A stretch of 64,000 bases of DNA, taken from NCBI GenBank assembly GCA_013239625.1, contig MU053810.1:6172122-6236121 (forward strand), given 5' to 3'. Made by a program: the position numbers and the translations under genes. This DNA comes from Lama guanicoe. Lineage: Eukaryota. The notes under the pieces are model-generated. The model was not told where the DNA came from. It ran no database searches and saw only the letters and a list, made by a program, of their open reading frames with translations. Shown here one piece after another: positions 38,541 through 51,777 of the stretch (within the stretch, counting starts at the first letter, position 1; every line of letters starts with the position of its first letter).

Positions 38541-40817
38541 AATTCTGCTCTGAAGATCACTCACTAAAAGAAGAAAAGAGACTCTTCTCCACCCCACCTG
38601 ATTGTGGCTTTTTCTCCCAAACACTGCTGGGATCAATTTGAGAAGGATGATTAAAGTGGAAAGTGCATTGCAACAGTTTTTGTCTTTCTTGCCTCGATTC
38701 TAAAACTTCTTTTTTCTGTCCGTAATTGGAAATCTAAAAATTCTTAATGAAAAGACTTAAAACATAGTGAAAAGAATTTAGCTCAAATTCTTTAATTTAG
38801 CTTAAATTAAAACTGAAATGTATCCATGTGTTGTTTCTGATAGGCAAATTTTACGATGACTATTTTAAAAAAGGGTATTTTGTTTGTTTATCTTTTGCTA
38901 GTATGCTTAGTAACTTTCCAGGGAGTATTTTTCTTGTCATCAGCTAATTATTTTCTTTATTTCTCTAAAGGGAACAACTAGAATTAAAGATTTTGCATTA
39001 TTTGTCTTGGTTCAGAGCTGAGTCACCATTAAATTTTCCAGTCAAGAAAATATTCTTTTATTTACACAAATTATTTTGAGGACTAGGCAGTGTTTCATAG
39101 AAAATAATAGTCAAGATTTGGCTTACAAAATTATGACCTTAGAAGTGGTAATAAATTTTCTCTATTTGACTGATTAATGGGAAAAAATTAAGATATAAAT
39201 GGAGGATTTGAGTAAAAATTAGGTTTAGCTTATAAGATATTTATTGAAAACTAGTCATCTGCCAGAAAATCTCAATAAATTCCCCCAAAGGAGAAATTGT
39301 ACAGGCTATATTTCCTGACCAAAATATAGTAAAATAGAAATTAATAACACAAGATTTCAATACACTTAAAAACCCTGAAGAAAAAGGCATTTTCCTAACT
39401 TAAGGATCAGAGAAGAAAATTTCAAAAAGATAACTTCAAACTATCTAGAAAACAAACCATAGTAAAAGCTACACATACATACACAATTTAACCAGAGACA
39501 ACTTCAGAAGAAATTTTAGAGGAAAAAAATAATGAATGAAAGACCTCCACAATGACAATAATTGAAGCAGAACAGTAATGGTATAGGAATAAATAGATAA
39601 TAATGTCATAACGACAGAGAAATATATTCAAGAACATCTAAGAATTTGGTGCTTCATAATCTCATCAGAATCTAAAACTCTAAAATTAAATATGGTCTTA
39701 ATATTCTGGGTGGGTATATTACAGAGTCTTTGTTTTGTACCTACTTTCCCTCTAATAACTTATTTCATATCAGTGCAACTGCCTGGTGATGCCCTGGTAT
39801 AAAAGATTAAGATACAATGTAGGTTCGCTTTGATACGGATACAGAGGAAAATGGGATACTGTGCCTGGTTAATTTCTTTGGCAGGCATCCACGGACCCTT
39901 CCAGATAAGGTCTCAGTAAAACTTCCAAGAAACCATCCATTACGTTCTTGCATCTTCCACCCCATTCACCCTCCTTTTGTCCAATGAGGCTGTCTTGGCA
40001 AAGGTATTTGTCAGTCAAAATACCCAGATTTCATAAATACGAATAAAGATGCAGCTTCAGTCTCTGAAGGAAGGGTGGCAAGTTGCCATTTCAGAAAAAT
40101 GATTTAGTCATTTTAGCTGTAATGCAGATAATCTTTGGAGGAGATCCTCCCTGATCTTTGGTTTCTATTATCCTTAATTCTATTATCTAATCTCTGTAGA
40201 TCCTGTGGCAGAATGCTGCAGCAGCATCTTACTTATCTGTGTCTCCATCTCTCTTCTCATTTTAAACCCTGCATTTATACTCCCATTGTCCACTGGGCAT
40301 GTCCACAGGGCAGTCCGCCAGGGGTTTAAGGAAACATGGCCCCCTCCCGGCTTCCTCTTCTCCACCCCACCCCAATCCCCCTGGCTTGCCTCCCTAGCAT
40401 TCTCACCTAGTGTCCCCCTGCCTTGACCAGTTTGTGGGGAGTGGTTTCGTTGCTGATGAGCCTGGCAGCTGAGAAGATCTGCATTTAACTAGGGGGGGGG
40501 GTGTTGGGATTCTGTTTGGGACTGTTCTTCTGGCTGTAAAAACAGGACTGTCACAGTTCGGCCGGGGTGGGGGGCAACCACAGGGAGAAGCCTCCTTTGT
40601 GGGTGTCTCCTGTAGCCTGCAGTGGGGAGAGGTCACTGGGTCCCAGGTGATGAGGCAGGGAAGGGTGGGGGTGCCTCAAAGGATGAGACTGAGTGTCCCT
40701 AAAGTGTGTGTGGAGGGTGCCCACTCCAACAGTGTTCTCCATCGCACCTGCCTGTGTGAACACCTTTTCCAATGTTGTTTGAGAACGTTTCTATGATAAA
40801 ACCTTTGCTTTGTAAGA

Positions 40818-40885
40818 AAGAAAAGGAAGGAAGGAAGGAAGGAAGGAGGAAGGAAAGAGAAAAGAGAAAAGAAAAGAAAAAAGAA
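40818..40885. repeat. (GGAA)n/(GAAAA)n polypurine tract
   Basis: Directly visible. Confidence 0.9.
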
Positions 40886-41917
40886 TAAAGTAGCATAGAA
40901 TAGAAAGGGAAAGAAGGGCTTGTGGTGCAGCAAGATCCAGGACAGAGGTTATCTTGGGAACTGGAGGCCTGAGAAATCAGAGAGAGACTGTGGGTGAAAA
41001 TCAGATCCCCGGAAGGAGTGGGAAGTGTGGTGAGGTGAGGTTGACATGATGTGCTGGCAAAAGACACCGAAGTCCAGGGAGAGAGCTACCCGAATATGGA
41101 AGTGCAACGGGAGCCCATGAGGAAGTGCAAAAGCAGACGAGACCAAGGCAAGGACAGGCTGGGTGAAGGTACAGACTGTGCTTAGTCGCTGTCGATGCTT
41201 GAGATCACTAGCTCAGCCGTGCTGCTAAAACAAGCCACCAAGACATGATGATTCCTCTCCCCAGACATCCCCCTCCTCCCCGCATACAACCTACATTTAT
41301 CTGGACCCATAGCCCTACTCTCCCCCCTCAGCCATCTTCTCCGGAGCTTCAGGGGCATCTCGTTGGCCTCCTGTCCCTGAGGTCCCCAATCTGAGCACTC
41401 AGCGTGTCTTGTCCATTCAGCCTTCCTAACGCCTTTGAAATTGTCCCCTTCTTCCCACAACCACCACCCTGGTTCAGCTCCTCCAAGGGTCTTATCAGGA
41501 CTCTGCCATCTGCTTACTATTTATCCCCTACCTCTCATCTCTCCCTCTTAAATCTGGTGTCTAAATGCTACCAGAATTTTCTTCGTAAAACCCAGTTCTG
41601 TTCACATCCTTTCAATTATCAAAACTCTCCAGTGGCTCTCTTCTGCCCAGAGGATACAATTAAACTCTTTAATGTGGCTTTTACATTCTTCCGTCCAACC
41701 CCCAGCAATCTCTCCAGCTCCATCTTTCAGACCTCATCCTGTTCTTCCCATAAAACCTACCTCTGCTGCTACAACTACTGTTTTCTTTATAATCCCTGGG
41801 CACACTGAATGCTTTCACTTAATGCAGAGATTGCTTCTAAAGCATCCTTTCATCTTCCCAGTGGTTAGAGCGGCACCTTGAACACAGGCTTCGTTCTGGG
41901 CTGCATAGTTCAAAAAA

Positions 41918-43400
41918 TAGCTTTTGTAAGATATAATTCACATACTACACAACTTACCCATTCAAAGTACATAACTCAATGGTTTTTGGTATATTCACAG
42001 GGTTGTGCAACCATCACCACAATCTAATTTTAGAACATTCTCTTCTCCCCTGAAAGAAACCCCATACCCATTAACCGTCACTCCCCATTCACCCCTCGCC
42101 TCCCCAGCCCTAAGCAATCACCAGTCTACTTTCTTTCTATACAAATTTGCCTATTCTGGACATTTCCTAGAAATGGGACCATCAGTATGTGTTTTTTTGT
42201 GTGTCTGGCTTCTTTCACTTAGCATAATGTTTTCCAAGTTCATCTGCACTGTAATAGTTATCAGCCTTTCATTTCTTTCTATTGCTGAGTATTTCATTGT
42301 GTTGAAACACTACATTTTGATTATCCATTCATCACTTGATGGACACTTGGGATGTTTCAACTTTTCAGCTTTTATGAATTATGCTGCTATGAACATTGGG
42401 TACCAGATTTCAGGTGGGCGTACATTTTCATTTTCTCTTGGGATTCCTAGGAGTGGAACTGTCGGGTTACATGATGACATTATATTTAATTTTTTTGAGG
42501 AACTGCTGAACTGTTTTTTCCAGAGCTGTGGTGTGATTTTGCACTCCAGCAGCAGTATATGAAGATCTGAATTTCTTCACATCCTCATTAACGCTGTGTC
42601 TGTCATTTTGATTAGAGTCATCCTAGTGCATGTGAAGCTCTCATTGAGGGTTGGATTTGCATTTCCCTCAAGTCTAATGATGTTGAGCACGTTTTCATGT
42701 GCTTATTGTTCATTTTTATATCTTCTTTGGAGAGAAATCTACTCAGATCTTTTTCCTAGTTTCAAAATGGATTATATGTCTTTTTAAAATACATTATTAT
42801 TATTATTGCTGCATTCTTTAAATATTTTGGATACAAGTCCCTTTTCAGATTTTCAAATCGAATATTTCCTCACATTCTGTGATTGTCCTTAAGCTCTCTT
42901 AATGGCATTGTTTGCAGCAGAAAAGTTTTAAATTTGGATGTAGTCCAATTTACCCATTTTTAAAAATTGTGCTTTTGGTATAATATCTAAGAAAACTTTA
43001 CTTCATCCAAGGTCATAAAAATCTACTCCAAAGTTTTCTTCTAAGAATTTTTAAATTTTTTTTACATTTTTTATTGATTCATAATCATTTTACAGTGTTG
43101 TGTCAAATTCCAGTGTTCAGCACAATTTTTCAGTCATTCATGGACATATACACACTCATTGTCACATTTTTTTCTCTGTGATTTATCATAACATTTTGTG
43201 TATATTTCCCTGTGTTATACAGTGTAATCTTGTTTATCTATTCTACAATTTTGAAATCCCAGTCTATCCTTTCCCACCCTCTACCCCCCTCCCCGGGTAA
43301 CCACAAGCCTGTATTCTCTGTCCATGAAGAATTTTTAAATTTTATCTCTTTCATTTAGGTCTGTGGTCCATTATGAGTTAGTCTTTGTGACTAGTGTGTG
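41918..43400 (-). mobile_element. Old L1M element interrupted by the young L1
   Basis: Typical antisense L1MB/MC-type 3' region (gatataattcacatac...gatggacacttgggatgtttc...gatgttgagcacgttttcatgtg). Confidence 0.8.
43060..43326 (-). mobile_element. Young L1 3' end nested in an older L1
   Basis: Nearly identical to about 20820-21080; TSD aagaatttttaaatttt at 43043-43059 and 43327-43343. Confidence 0.92.
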
Positions 43401-45487
43401 TCATTATTTTTTAATAGATGGTATTAAGAGGGGAGTGTTTTTTATACCTAAAGAACCAGAAAATTTAAAAAAAGCTCTTTTTCTTTCTGTGATGTGATAA
43501 CCTACAATTGTCTGCACGTTCAATCGAAACATACTCATGGAGTCACTTATGCAAATATATGTAGCTCTGAACCAGGCCCTATGATAAAAAGTGAAAAGAA
43601 ACTGGCAGCAAGTACCTTACTGCTATAATCCAGGACCAGTCCAAATGAATTTAGGGTAAATTTACAATTGCTCCTGCAAAGAACTGGACTGTAGCAAAAC
43701 TGGTTTGGATCAAGTCCATCCATAGAAAGATCACCGATTAACCTGGCATGGAAATTAATTCTTGACTTAAAGCACACAGACACCAACATAACAAAACAAA
43801 ACCCCCTCCAAACCTCAAGGACCCCAAACAGCTGAATCCGCAGATATAAAGGGAAATTCAACTTCTAGAAGTCTATGTATTTTATATGCATTTCATGTAA
43901 GTTACCATGAAACTCCACTAAGTTAAGCTGAAAATCCCCCAAGATCGTTTTTAATGATGGGACATTCACAGTACTTAATACGTGGCCTGCACTTATATTC
44001 CAACTAGCTAAGCAATGGATTGTTTTTTTCAGCATCTTTATCATTTATTTGCCTCTTGGTGAAGACTCTGGACCTCTCCCCAACTTGGCTCATCATCCCA
44101 GCAGTTCGGCTGTGGAGACAACCAGTCAAAAATGGAATTATTCTTACCATTCTCTACCCACCACCCAGGCCTTTTCCAGGAGTGATCAGGGTCTGTCTTG
44201 TTGCCCAGAGGAAGGTTAGAGTCTTCAGGGCCAGGTCAGCAGGCTTTCCAAAGGGTACAAACATCACAAGCAGAAAGCCCATGTCAATCAAGAAAGGAGT
44301 GGGTGGCAGGGAGGCCAGTGCTGCTTCCAGTCATGGAGCAGAGGCCAGATGACTGGTCCATGGCCCTCATGGTCCCGGGGCGACAGGCCGTCCTGGCCCC
44401 TCACCAGCTTGCTGGAAGAGCTGTTCAGGGCAAACAGCTCCTGGGGTGATTTACCCACAGTCCACACCACATACCTTTCCAAGTTCATCAGCATCTTTCA
44501 TTAAACCTTTGCTTATAGTGAAGGTGGCTGATTTCTCTCCTCCCATGCACATCATCTGTCATACTTTGCGCCGTTTCTCCTATTTTTTCTCCGCTTACAT
44601 TCATCCTGCTCACCCCCCAAGGCCAGCACAAAGCTCCCTGCTGGACCCTGGCCATCCACCCTCCTCTCAAATGCTGTGGCAGCAGAGTCGGGACCACTAG
44701 TTTGACAGCTCACAAGCTGCCTTATGGCTTATCTGACTCTTTATGTGTATTTTAAAAAAATCTTCTCAACTATTTTGAGGCATGAAATTTACACCTCAGC
44801 GCTCTTAGTAACCGGCACACTGTCATGGCTGGTACTTACAACTCAATGTATAATAGCTCGTGTTAATATGCATTAGCACCTACTTTAAAATAAGAATAGT
44901 AGGCGTTATAAATATGGAACAATTACTATATAGGTCAGACACCTCATTTAACTCTCAAAACTCTATCCTGTGATGTGGTAACATTATTCTAACTTTATAG
45001 GTTATAAAACTCAGGCCGAGAGAATTAATACCTGGTGCAAGCTCGTGTGAGCAGAGGGCTGGACTGTGCCCCGTCTAACTCGAGAGCTCCTGTTCACAAA
45101 CACGCCACGTTGTCTTCTGAAGACACACACTGTGCTTATTCAGGGGTGGAATTCGGTAGCTACTTTGCTAACACTGCTCTTACAGTGTCTGTGTGTCCAG
45201 CTTGAACACAACTGAGCTGGTGTCTGTCTGCCACACCACACTAAGTTTAGGTGTGGAATCTTGTATTTTCATCCACACATGTGACATTGCCATGTACCCA
45301 GCAAATACATTCAGCTGCTGGGTGATCCTGGGCAAGTTATTTAAACTCCCTCTGTTGGTTTACTTTCCTCGTGTGTCAAACAGCAATGAAAACTACCTCA
45401 GAGGGATGAGATGGTGCCTGAAAGGTACTGAGCACAGTGTCTGGCACATATAAAGTGATATTAGTGATGTCACTATCAGCTAGTATT

Positions 45488-45540
45488 TTTTAAAAATTAT
45501 TTCCTTTTTTTTTCCTAGGGGGAGGTAATTAGGTTTATTA

Positions 45541-45573
<33 letters not shown>

Positions 45574-45650
45574 GGAGGTACTGGGGATTGAACCCAAGAC
45601 CTCATGCATGCTAAGCATGTGCTCTGCCACTTGAGCTGTACCCTCCCCCC
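45488..45650 (-). mobile_element. tRNA-derived SINE with internal (ATT)n microsatellite
   Basis: Same head and tail motifs; approximate TSD tcagctaStatt at 45476 and 45651. Confidence 0.85.
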
Positions 45651-45824
45651 TCAGCTACTATTATTATTACCATCATCACCATCATGTTTATTACTATATT
45701 CTCCCTCTAACACCACCAGTGGAAACACAAGTCAGTCACCTACACACCACACACAGTCCACCACTGACAGTCACCTCTGTCTGTTGTGTTTCTGTGTACC
45801 TAGAGACTGAGCCAGACTGCCAGG

Positions 45825-46062
45825 CAAATTTTTAAGACTCAGCCACTGGGAAGGACTTTTGTAAGTAGCATTTCTAGGACAGAGATTCTCAACCATTCTG
45901 AACACAAGAGGAACTGTATCAGAATCTTCCTGAGGCTTCTTCAAATTTTTAAGACTCAGCCACTGGGAAGGACTTTTGTAAGTAGCATTTCTAGGACAGA
46001 GATTCTCAACCATTCTGAACACAAGAGGAACTGTATCAGAATCTTCCTGAGGCTTCTTCAAA
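45825..46062. repeat. Perfect 117-bp tandem duplication (2 copies)
   Basis: 45825-45941 equals 45942-46058; CAAA at 45825, 45942 and 46059. Confidence 0.95.
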
Positions 46063-46241
46063 CCGTACCCATGGCACCTCCAACTCCACAGTCCACATCT
46101 CATCACTGCCTCCCTCCCGGGAAAGGGAGGTGTACTTCTGGAGTTGAGAACCACTGCAAAGAGGGTTGCAGGTGATGAGGGTATGCTATGCTTGTGAACT
46201 AGTAGGTGGAAGCTTTAAAAAAAAAAAAGTTGACACTCACC

Positions 46242-46256
46242 GTTGCCTAGGGCAAC
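46242..46256. promoter_or_regulatory. Palindromic RFX X-box-like site
   Basis: GTTGCC-TAG-GGCAAC, perfect inverted half-sites with a 3-nt spacer. Confidence 0.45.
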
Positions 46257-46633
46257 CGATCATTTTTGGCAGGATGTGGGTTTAGGGCCCACTGCGCCAC
46301 CAGTTACTCCCACTCTTTTTCAGTACCTGTTACTTTTAGGAAGAATCCAAAACGTAAGGGCAGAGGGTGGGGGATGTGAGGAGGGGAAGAGAAAGAATAA
46401 AAAGAAAAGTAAACAATGGCAATTTGAGGGGTCTTGTTGTTGTTGTTAGAGGGCTAATAATGCATTCTGGGTGTAGGCTGAATTATGCATTAAAATTTGA
46501 TTCCAAGGACAGTAATAGAAAATGCTTTTCCCATTCCTTTTTCCTTTGGCTTACTTCATAATGCATCTAATATCCTCTGCAGCTCAACAGTCAACGCACA
46601 GTTAGGACGTGATATTTGTGAAGTTACTTAGAG

Positions 46634-46987
46634 CTGCACCGTCCAATTCAGCAGCCACCAGCCACAGGTGGCCCCTGAGCACCTGAACTGTGGCTCGTCC
46701 AAATTGAGCTGTGCTGCAAGTGTAAACCATGCTGGGCTTGGAAGACTTCATATGAAAAAAGAAAGAAGAAAAGAGTTCGTCAATACTTTTAATATTACTT
46801 AAATTGAATGCAACGTAGTATAATTACTATTAATTCATTAAATGATCATTTTGGATATATATTTATATTAAATAAAATGTTACTAAAATTAACATAATTT
46901 ATTTCTTTTTTACTGTCTTTAATGTGGCTTCTTGAAAATATAAAGTGATCCACATGGCTGGCGTTATAGTTCTGTTGGACAGGGCTG
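46634..46987. mobile_element. hAT-Charlie MITE (MER33/MER3-like)
   Basis: Degenerate terminal inverted repeats ctgcaccgtccaa and ttggacagggctg with the characteristic agccac..gtggc interior. Confidence 0.65.
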
Positions 46988-47699
46988 GACCAGAATGCTA
47001 CAGTTCTGTTATTACAAGCCTTAGCGTTTGACTCAAGGATGACTGATTGTGGTGACTGTGTCATATTAATGTAGTCTGCCTATTACTCACCAAGGGTTAA
47101 ATCAGAATCTCCCCATTTCCTTTCCCACTGCCAAACTGTTTCACACACATGGTGCCTGGGGTAGTGTTGGTCCACTGGGCCTCCTGGAAATACCTTTATC
47201 CTTCCAAGTGCCCCTTGGTCACCCCCACACAATGTCTTCCCCATAATCCCTCTCTTCACTATATTATGCACATCACACACCAGAATGTGTTTATTTGCAG
47301 GCCTCCCACTAGACCAGACTTTTGAGGTTTGGCTCCATATCTTATTCTGTTTTATACCTTCCACCCTGGCACAGGGTTGGCCCTCAATAGATAGATATGT
47401 GATGCAATTGACAAAAAAGCTCCAGTGACAGCATGTTGAGCAGAGTTTCACTGAACCCAAGTGTCCGTGTAAGTGCCGAAGCCCCCTCTGCGAGTCTCGA
47501 ACTGAGGGATGCTTCTCTGCTCTGATGGGCAGCGTAGGGAGCTGCTATCTGGTGGGCTCAACTTTTCTATTTGACAGTGGTCTTAGGAGCCATCTGCTCT
47601 CAGCGTCACACTGCGTTTACCCACATCCCCGACCCAAGCCACTTCATTTCTGTTTGTTGCATACGATGGAGGAAATTTAATGCACCGCCAATAGTCAAC

Positions 47700-47741
47700 A
47701 AATAGTCTTGATTCGCTAAGAAATAGTCTTGATTTGCTAAG
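47700..47741. repeat. 21-bp tandem duplication
   Basis: aaatagtcttgattYgctaag twice, one mismatch. Confidence 0.85.
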
Positions 47742-48699
47742 CCATATCATTTACGGAATTTAATCAGAAGGAAGTCATTACCCTAAAAAAAAAAATCCCA
47801 AAACAAACTAAGGCTACATCCCAAACCTAATCAGTTAATTGACCTATCAGCTGTGAACTTTATGTTATTAGCAGAGATGCAAGAGTTCTTCAATACTATA
47901 AATACAGGAGCCTCAGGCAAATTGACTTAATCAGTCACTGTACTGAGATAATTCTGTAAGTCACCTGAAAAAGATCCTGTGTTGTTTTATTCTGCCATAT
48001 AACTAATTCATTTGTTCTTTTCTTTTTGAGATGAAATCCTAATAATGCCCTTAACTGAAAACTGGACTTCAGCCTGTGAAAAAAAATAGTCTACTAAATG
48101 GTAATTAATGATGTAAGCAGCATTCCACAAAGTGCTATTTCATAATGACACTGCCTCGATCTATTATTAAAATAAAACAAATGAAATGCCAGTTATCTCC
48201 ATCTCAGAAGCTGCTTCCTAACTACCACTTTCAACTTTCCAGATACCCCAACTTCGTCACCTACCACTGCAACAGCTCCTAGTGACCCTGAGCCCTGCTC
48301 CAACACGCGCATCCATCCGAAATCCAGCTGTGCAACGAGGAAGTGTCCTATTGAGAAGAAGTTTCACTGTCCTGAATCTCATGGACATGAAATGTTACTG
48401 ATTACCTGACTATCTCCTTATTTTATCTGTATAATAAAGATTGCTGGCCAGTCCTTTCAGCAAGTTTTCAAAGAGTAGTTAAAGCATCAGGACCCCAAAG
48501 ATCTGGTTTCCCATCCCATTTCCTAAGCTGTGTAATCTTGGGCAAATTTCTTAAACTCTCTAAACTGTCATTTCTAATTTGTAAAATGAGAATTAGGAAC
48601 AGCATCTTCCCAAACAGTTACTTACCCTGGATGACCTTAGCCTTATAGACAATAAGCACACACTTAGTACACACTTAGAAGTTGGTACTTTTCATCAAC

Positions 48700-49495
48700 G
48701 TCCAAAACTCAACTTCTGATGATCTCCCCTCTGGCCTCTCCATGTTGGTTGATGATAATTCCATCCTTCCCATTGTTTAGGTCAAAACTCTGGAGTCATC
48801 TTTGAGTCTTCCTTCTCACACAACCACGTCCACGTTGTCCAGAAATTCTGTTGGCTCTACCTTTAAAATATATGTCAATTCCCAAAGCTTCCTAATGGCC
48901 TCCTAAACTCTGTCCAGGTTTTTCTCCAGCAGTCAAGAGTGAGCCTTTTACGTGTAAGACAGCTATGTTACTCGTCTTCTCAGAACCTTTCAATGGCCCC
49001 TCAATTTCACTCAGATTAAAAGCCAGAGTTCTGTCGCCTACAGGGTCTGTCATCTCTTCACCCTCCTCTTACCTCTCCAACCACAGCTCCTATTACTCTC
49101 TCCCTGCTCACTTTCCTCTGACCACCCAGGCCTTCTTGTTCCTCGAACACACTAGGCTTACTCCTGCCTTACAGCCTTGGCACTGGCTGTTCCCTCTGCT
49201 CAGAACACTGTTCCTTCAGGTAGTTAACTACTTCAAATCTTTGCTCAAACTTTACCTTCTCAGTGAGGCCAAGCCTGACCCACTGCAGTTAATACTGTAA
49301 TTTTACTTCATTCAACTTTGCTTTTTTTAACAGGACTTTTCACTCACTAATACCTATTATTTACTTATTTACTATGCCCTCTGATTATTGTCTCTATCTT
49401 CTCACTGGAACACAAGCTCCACAAACGCAGAGAGAGATCTCTGTCTCTTCTGTTCACCTAGAATAGTGCTTGGCAAATATTTTTTTAATGACTGA
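48700..49495 (+). mobile_element. L2 3' fragments
   Basis: ggagtcatctttgagtcttcc, ttggctctacctttaaaatata and ctagaatagtgcttggca motifs typical of L2. Confidence 0.6.
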
Positions 49496-51610
49496 ACTGT
49501 ATTTAAATAGAAATCTAAGTAACATGGAAATGAGCAGTTCCTAAGTCACATGTGCTTCATTACACTTACAAGGCATAGTTATCTGCTGATGAATTTTGGT
49601 CACTTCATTAATGACTAAGATACCACTCTTCCCATTACTTAATCTTAACCATTTGTAATCCATTTTGTTTCTATGTTATTTCAATTAAATAAGTTATCTT
49701 TACTTAACAGGACACTCTATTTATGACCACACTTAAAGTCAGCGGGAAACTCTAATTTTTTCCCAAGTGCCAACGTACTCTGATTCCCAGTTTGACAACT
49801 TTGCAAGTGCATATACGTGCTTTCTAAATGCTTTTTTTTAAAAATCAGCCCATTTAGAATACTGATTACCTCTCTCAGGAAAAAAGGATAATGCTATTGG
49901 GAGGAAACCAGAAGATGCAGTGGGAGCATTTTACTTCTTAAGTTGGGTGACAGGTATCCAGATGTTGGCTTTATTATTATTTGCAATTATTTATGTATAT
50001 ATCTTACACCATCTCTTGTATGTATGAAATATTTCATACTAAAAAAGGAAGGAAAAAATAAATCTAGTCTAGCATTTGCTTGTTCTACTGCCATTCTTTA
50101 TATTTTCTCTCCAGTTTGATGTGATAAAGATCTAGGGACATAAATCTTCCAGCCAGTTTGTAGAAACATAATTGCTGTGTGATTTAGCATTTCTCCTCCC
50201 CTCCAGCCCAGGGCCATCGGACTGATGAGCCTGTGATACGAGATCAAATCAGAAGGATCCCCAGTAGAATTAGAAAAAAGTCTACTCCCTGCTTCATTGA
50301 TTTAATCAACCCAGCCAGCCATCAAGAGGGATTAGAATATAATAAAGATAAAAATGAAATCACATGATTGCTGCCAAGGCAGACTTATTTTTTCAAGACA
50401 TATAAAGATGATCACTTCCCAAGTGATTATATCTTGTCTTCCCATGATAACAAGGCAAATTCTTTGTTTACCTACCATCATTTCATCTTCCCTGACCCCA
50501 GTGTGGTACAGGGATGTTTGCTCCCACAGCACATGACCTTGGTCACATGTTGAATTGTAACTGCCCATTTATGTCTCCCCATTCAACAAGAAGTTCACCG
50601 AGGAAAGGCCTTGTATTTTTTTTCACCAGTTGAGCTCTTGTCCTTGGTACTGCACCTCCAATGCTGGTATCATATTGGCTCAGCTCAAAGGTCAGCTCTG
50701 CTTCTAACTCCCAAACCTCTCTGTGCTTTCATTTTCTCAATGATAAAAGGGGATGATAATAGTGTAAACCCAGGATGTGAGGATTAATGAAACAACACAA
50801 CTAAATTAGCACAGGGTCTGGTACAAAATGTAAGCTAAATACATGTAATTATTATTTACAATTAATATTGGGTGAGAAAGAGGAAACTGAGTTGACAGAG
50901 AAGAAAGATAATAGCTCTCATGTCTCCTAATGATTCAAGTGCAGAGATGATGCTCAGGAGATGTTTGGAGATGGAGTGGTGAATTCAAGCCCTAGACTAG
51001 GTGCTGGGAAGGTGTGGTACGCTGGAGTGGTGCTACATCTCTGCCTGCTCAAGCCCCAGGGTTGGTAATGATGGAGCCAGCTGGGGCTCTGGGGCTTGAG
51101 GCATTTCGATGGTACAACCAGAAGTGGAACTGATGTATCAGTACATTTAGTAAATGCTATGAGTCCCAACTATGGTGCCAGGAATTTGGCTAAGCAGTAG
51201 GGATGCGGTGGTGCTGGGTCACATCCTTTCCTCCCTAGAAGCTGTTCTCAGGCACTGCCTTGTTATGCTGCATGTACAGGCCAGCCCCTCACTGATCACA
51301 GACGGTTAAATGCCATTCCTCAGTGTTGCTACTCTCTCGCCTCATAAGAAATTTAATCGTTGCCTTTCCAGATATAGAGCAACTTCCTCTAGAAGTCATG
51401 TTTCTCATGACAATAATAACTGCGATACATGGAAACATCTCTGTACAACCAGTGTCCCAATCTAATACCATTAAGTCTTCACATTTATTATGTAGTTGAA
51501 TTTATAATAAATGCCTAAACTTTAAGTTACTTGCCCACTTTAAGATGACAAAACCGTCATAAGACATATATATTTTCATACTGAAAATCTTATGTTAATA
51601 ATAAGAACTG

Positions 51611-51777
51611 GCGGGGAGGATATAGCAGTGGTAGAGCACATGCCTAGCATGCACAAGGTCCTGGGTTCAATCCCTAGTACCTCCATCAAATAAAAAAAGT
51701 AATAACAATAAATAAGTAAATAAACCTAATTACCTTCCCCCCCAAAACAAACAAAAAATTATTAAAAAAATAAGAAG
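51611..51777 (+). mobile_element. tRNA-derived SINE (camelid vic-1-like)
   Basis: Head ggggaggatatagcagtggtagagc...gggttcaatccc, tail cctaattaccttcccc, TSD aagaactg at 51603 and 51778. Confidence 0.85.

Noticed and set aside
40400..41150. Possible ancient LTR remnant (also about 6950-7500)
   Set aside because: Only compositional resemblance; termini and family could not be identified.
42005..42562. 185-aa ORF
   Set aside because: Antisense reading of an old L1 3' region.
45771..46154. 127-aa ORF with a 39-aa internal repeat
   Set aside because: By-product of the 117-bp duplication; no recognisable protein or supporting exon structure.
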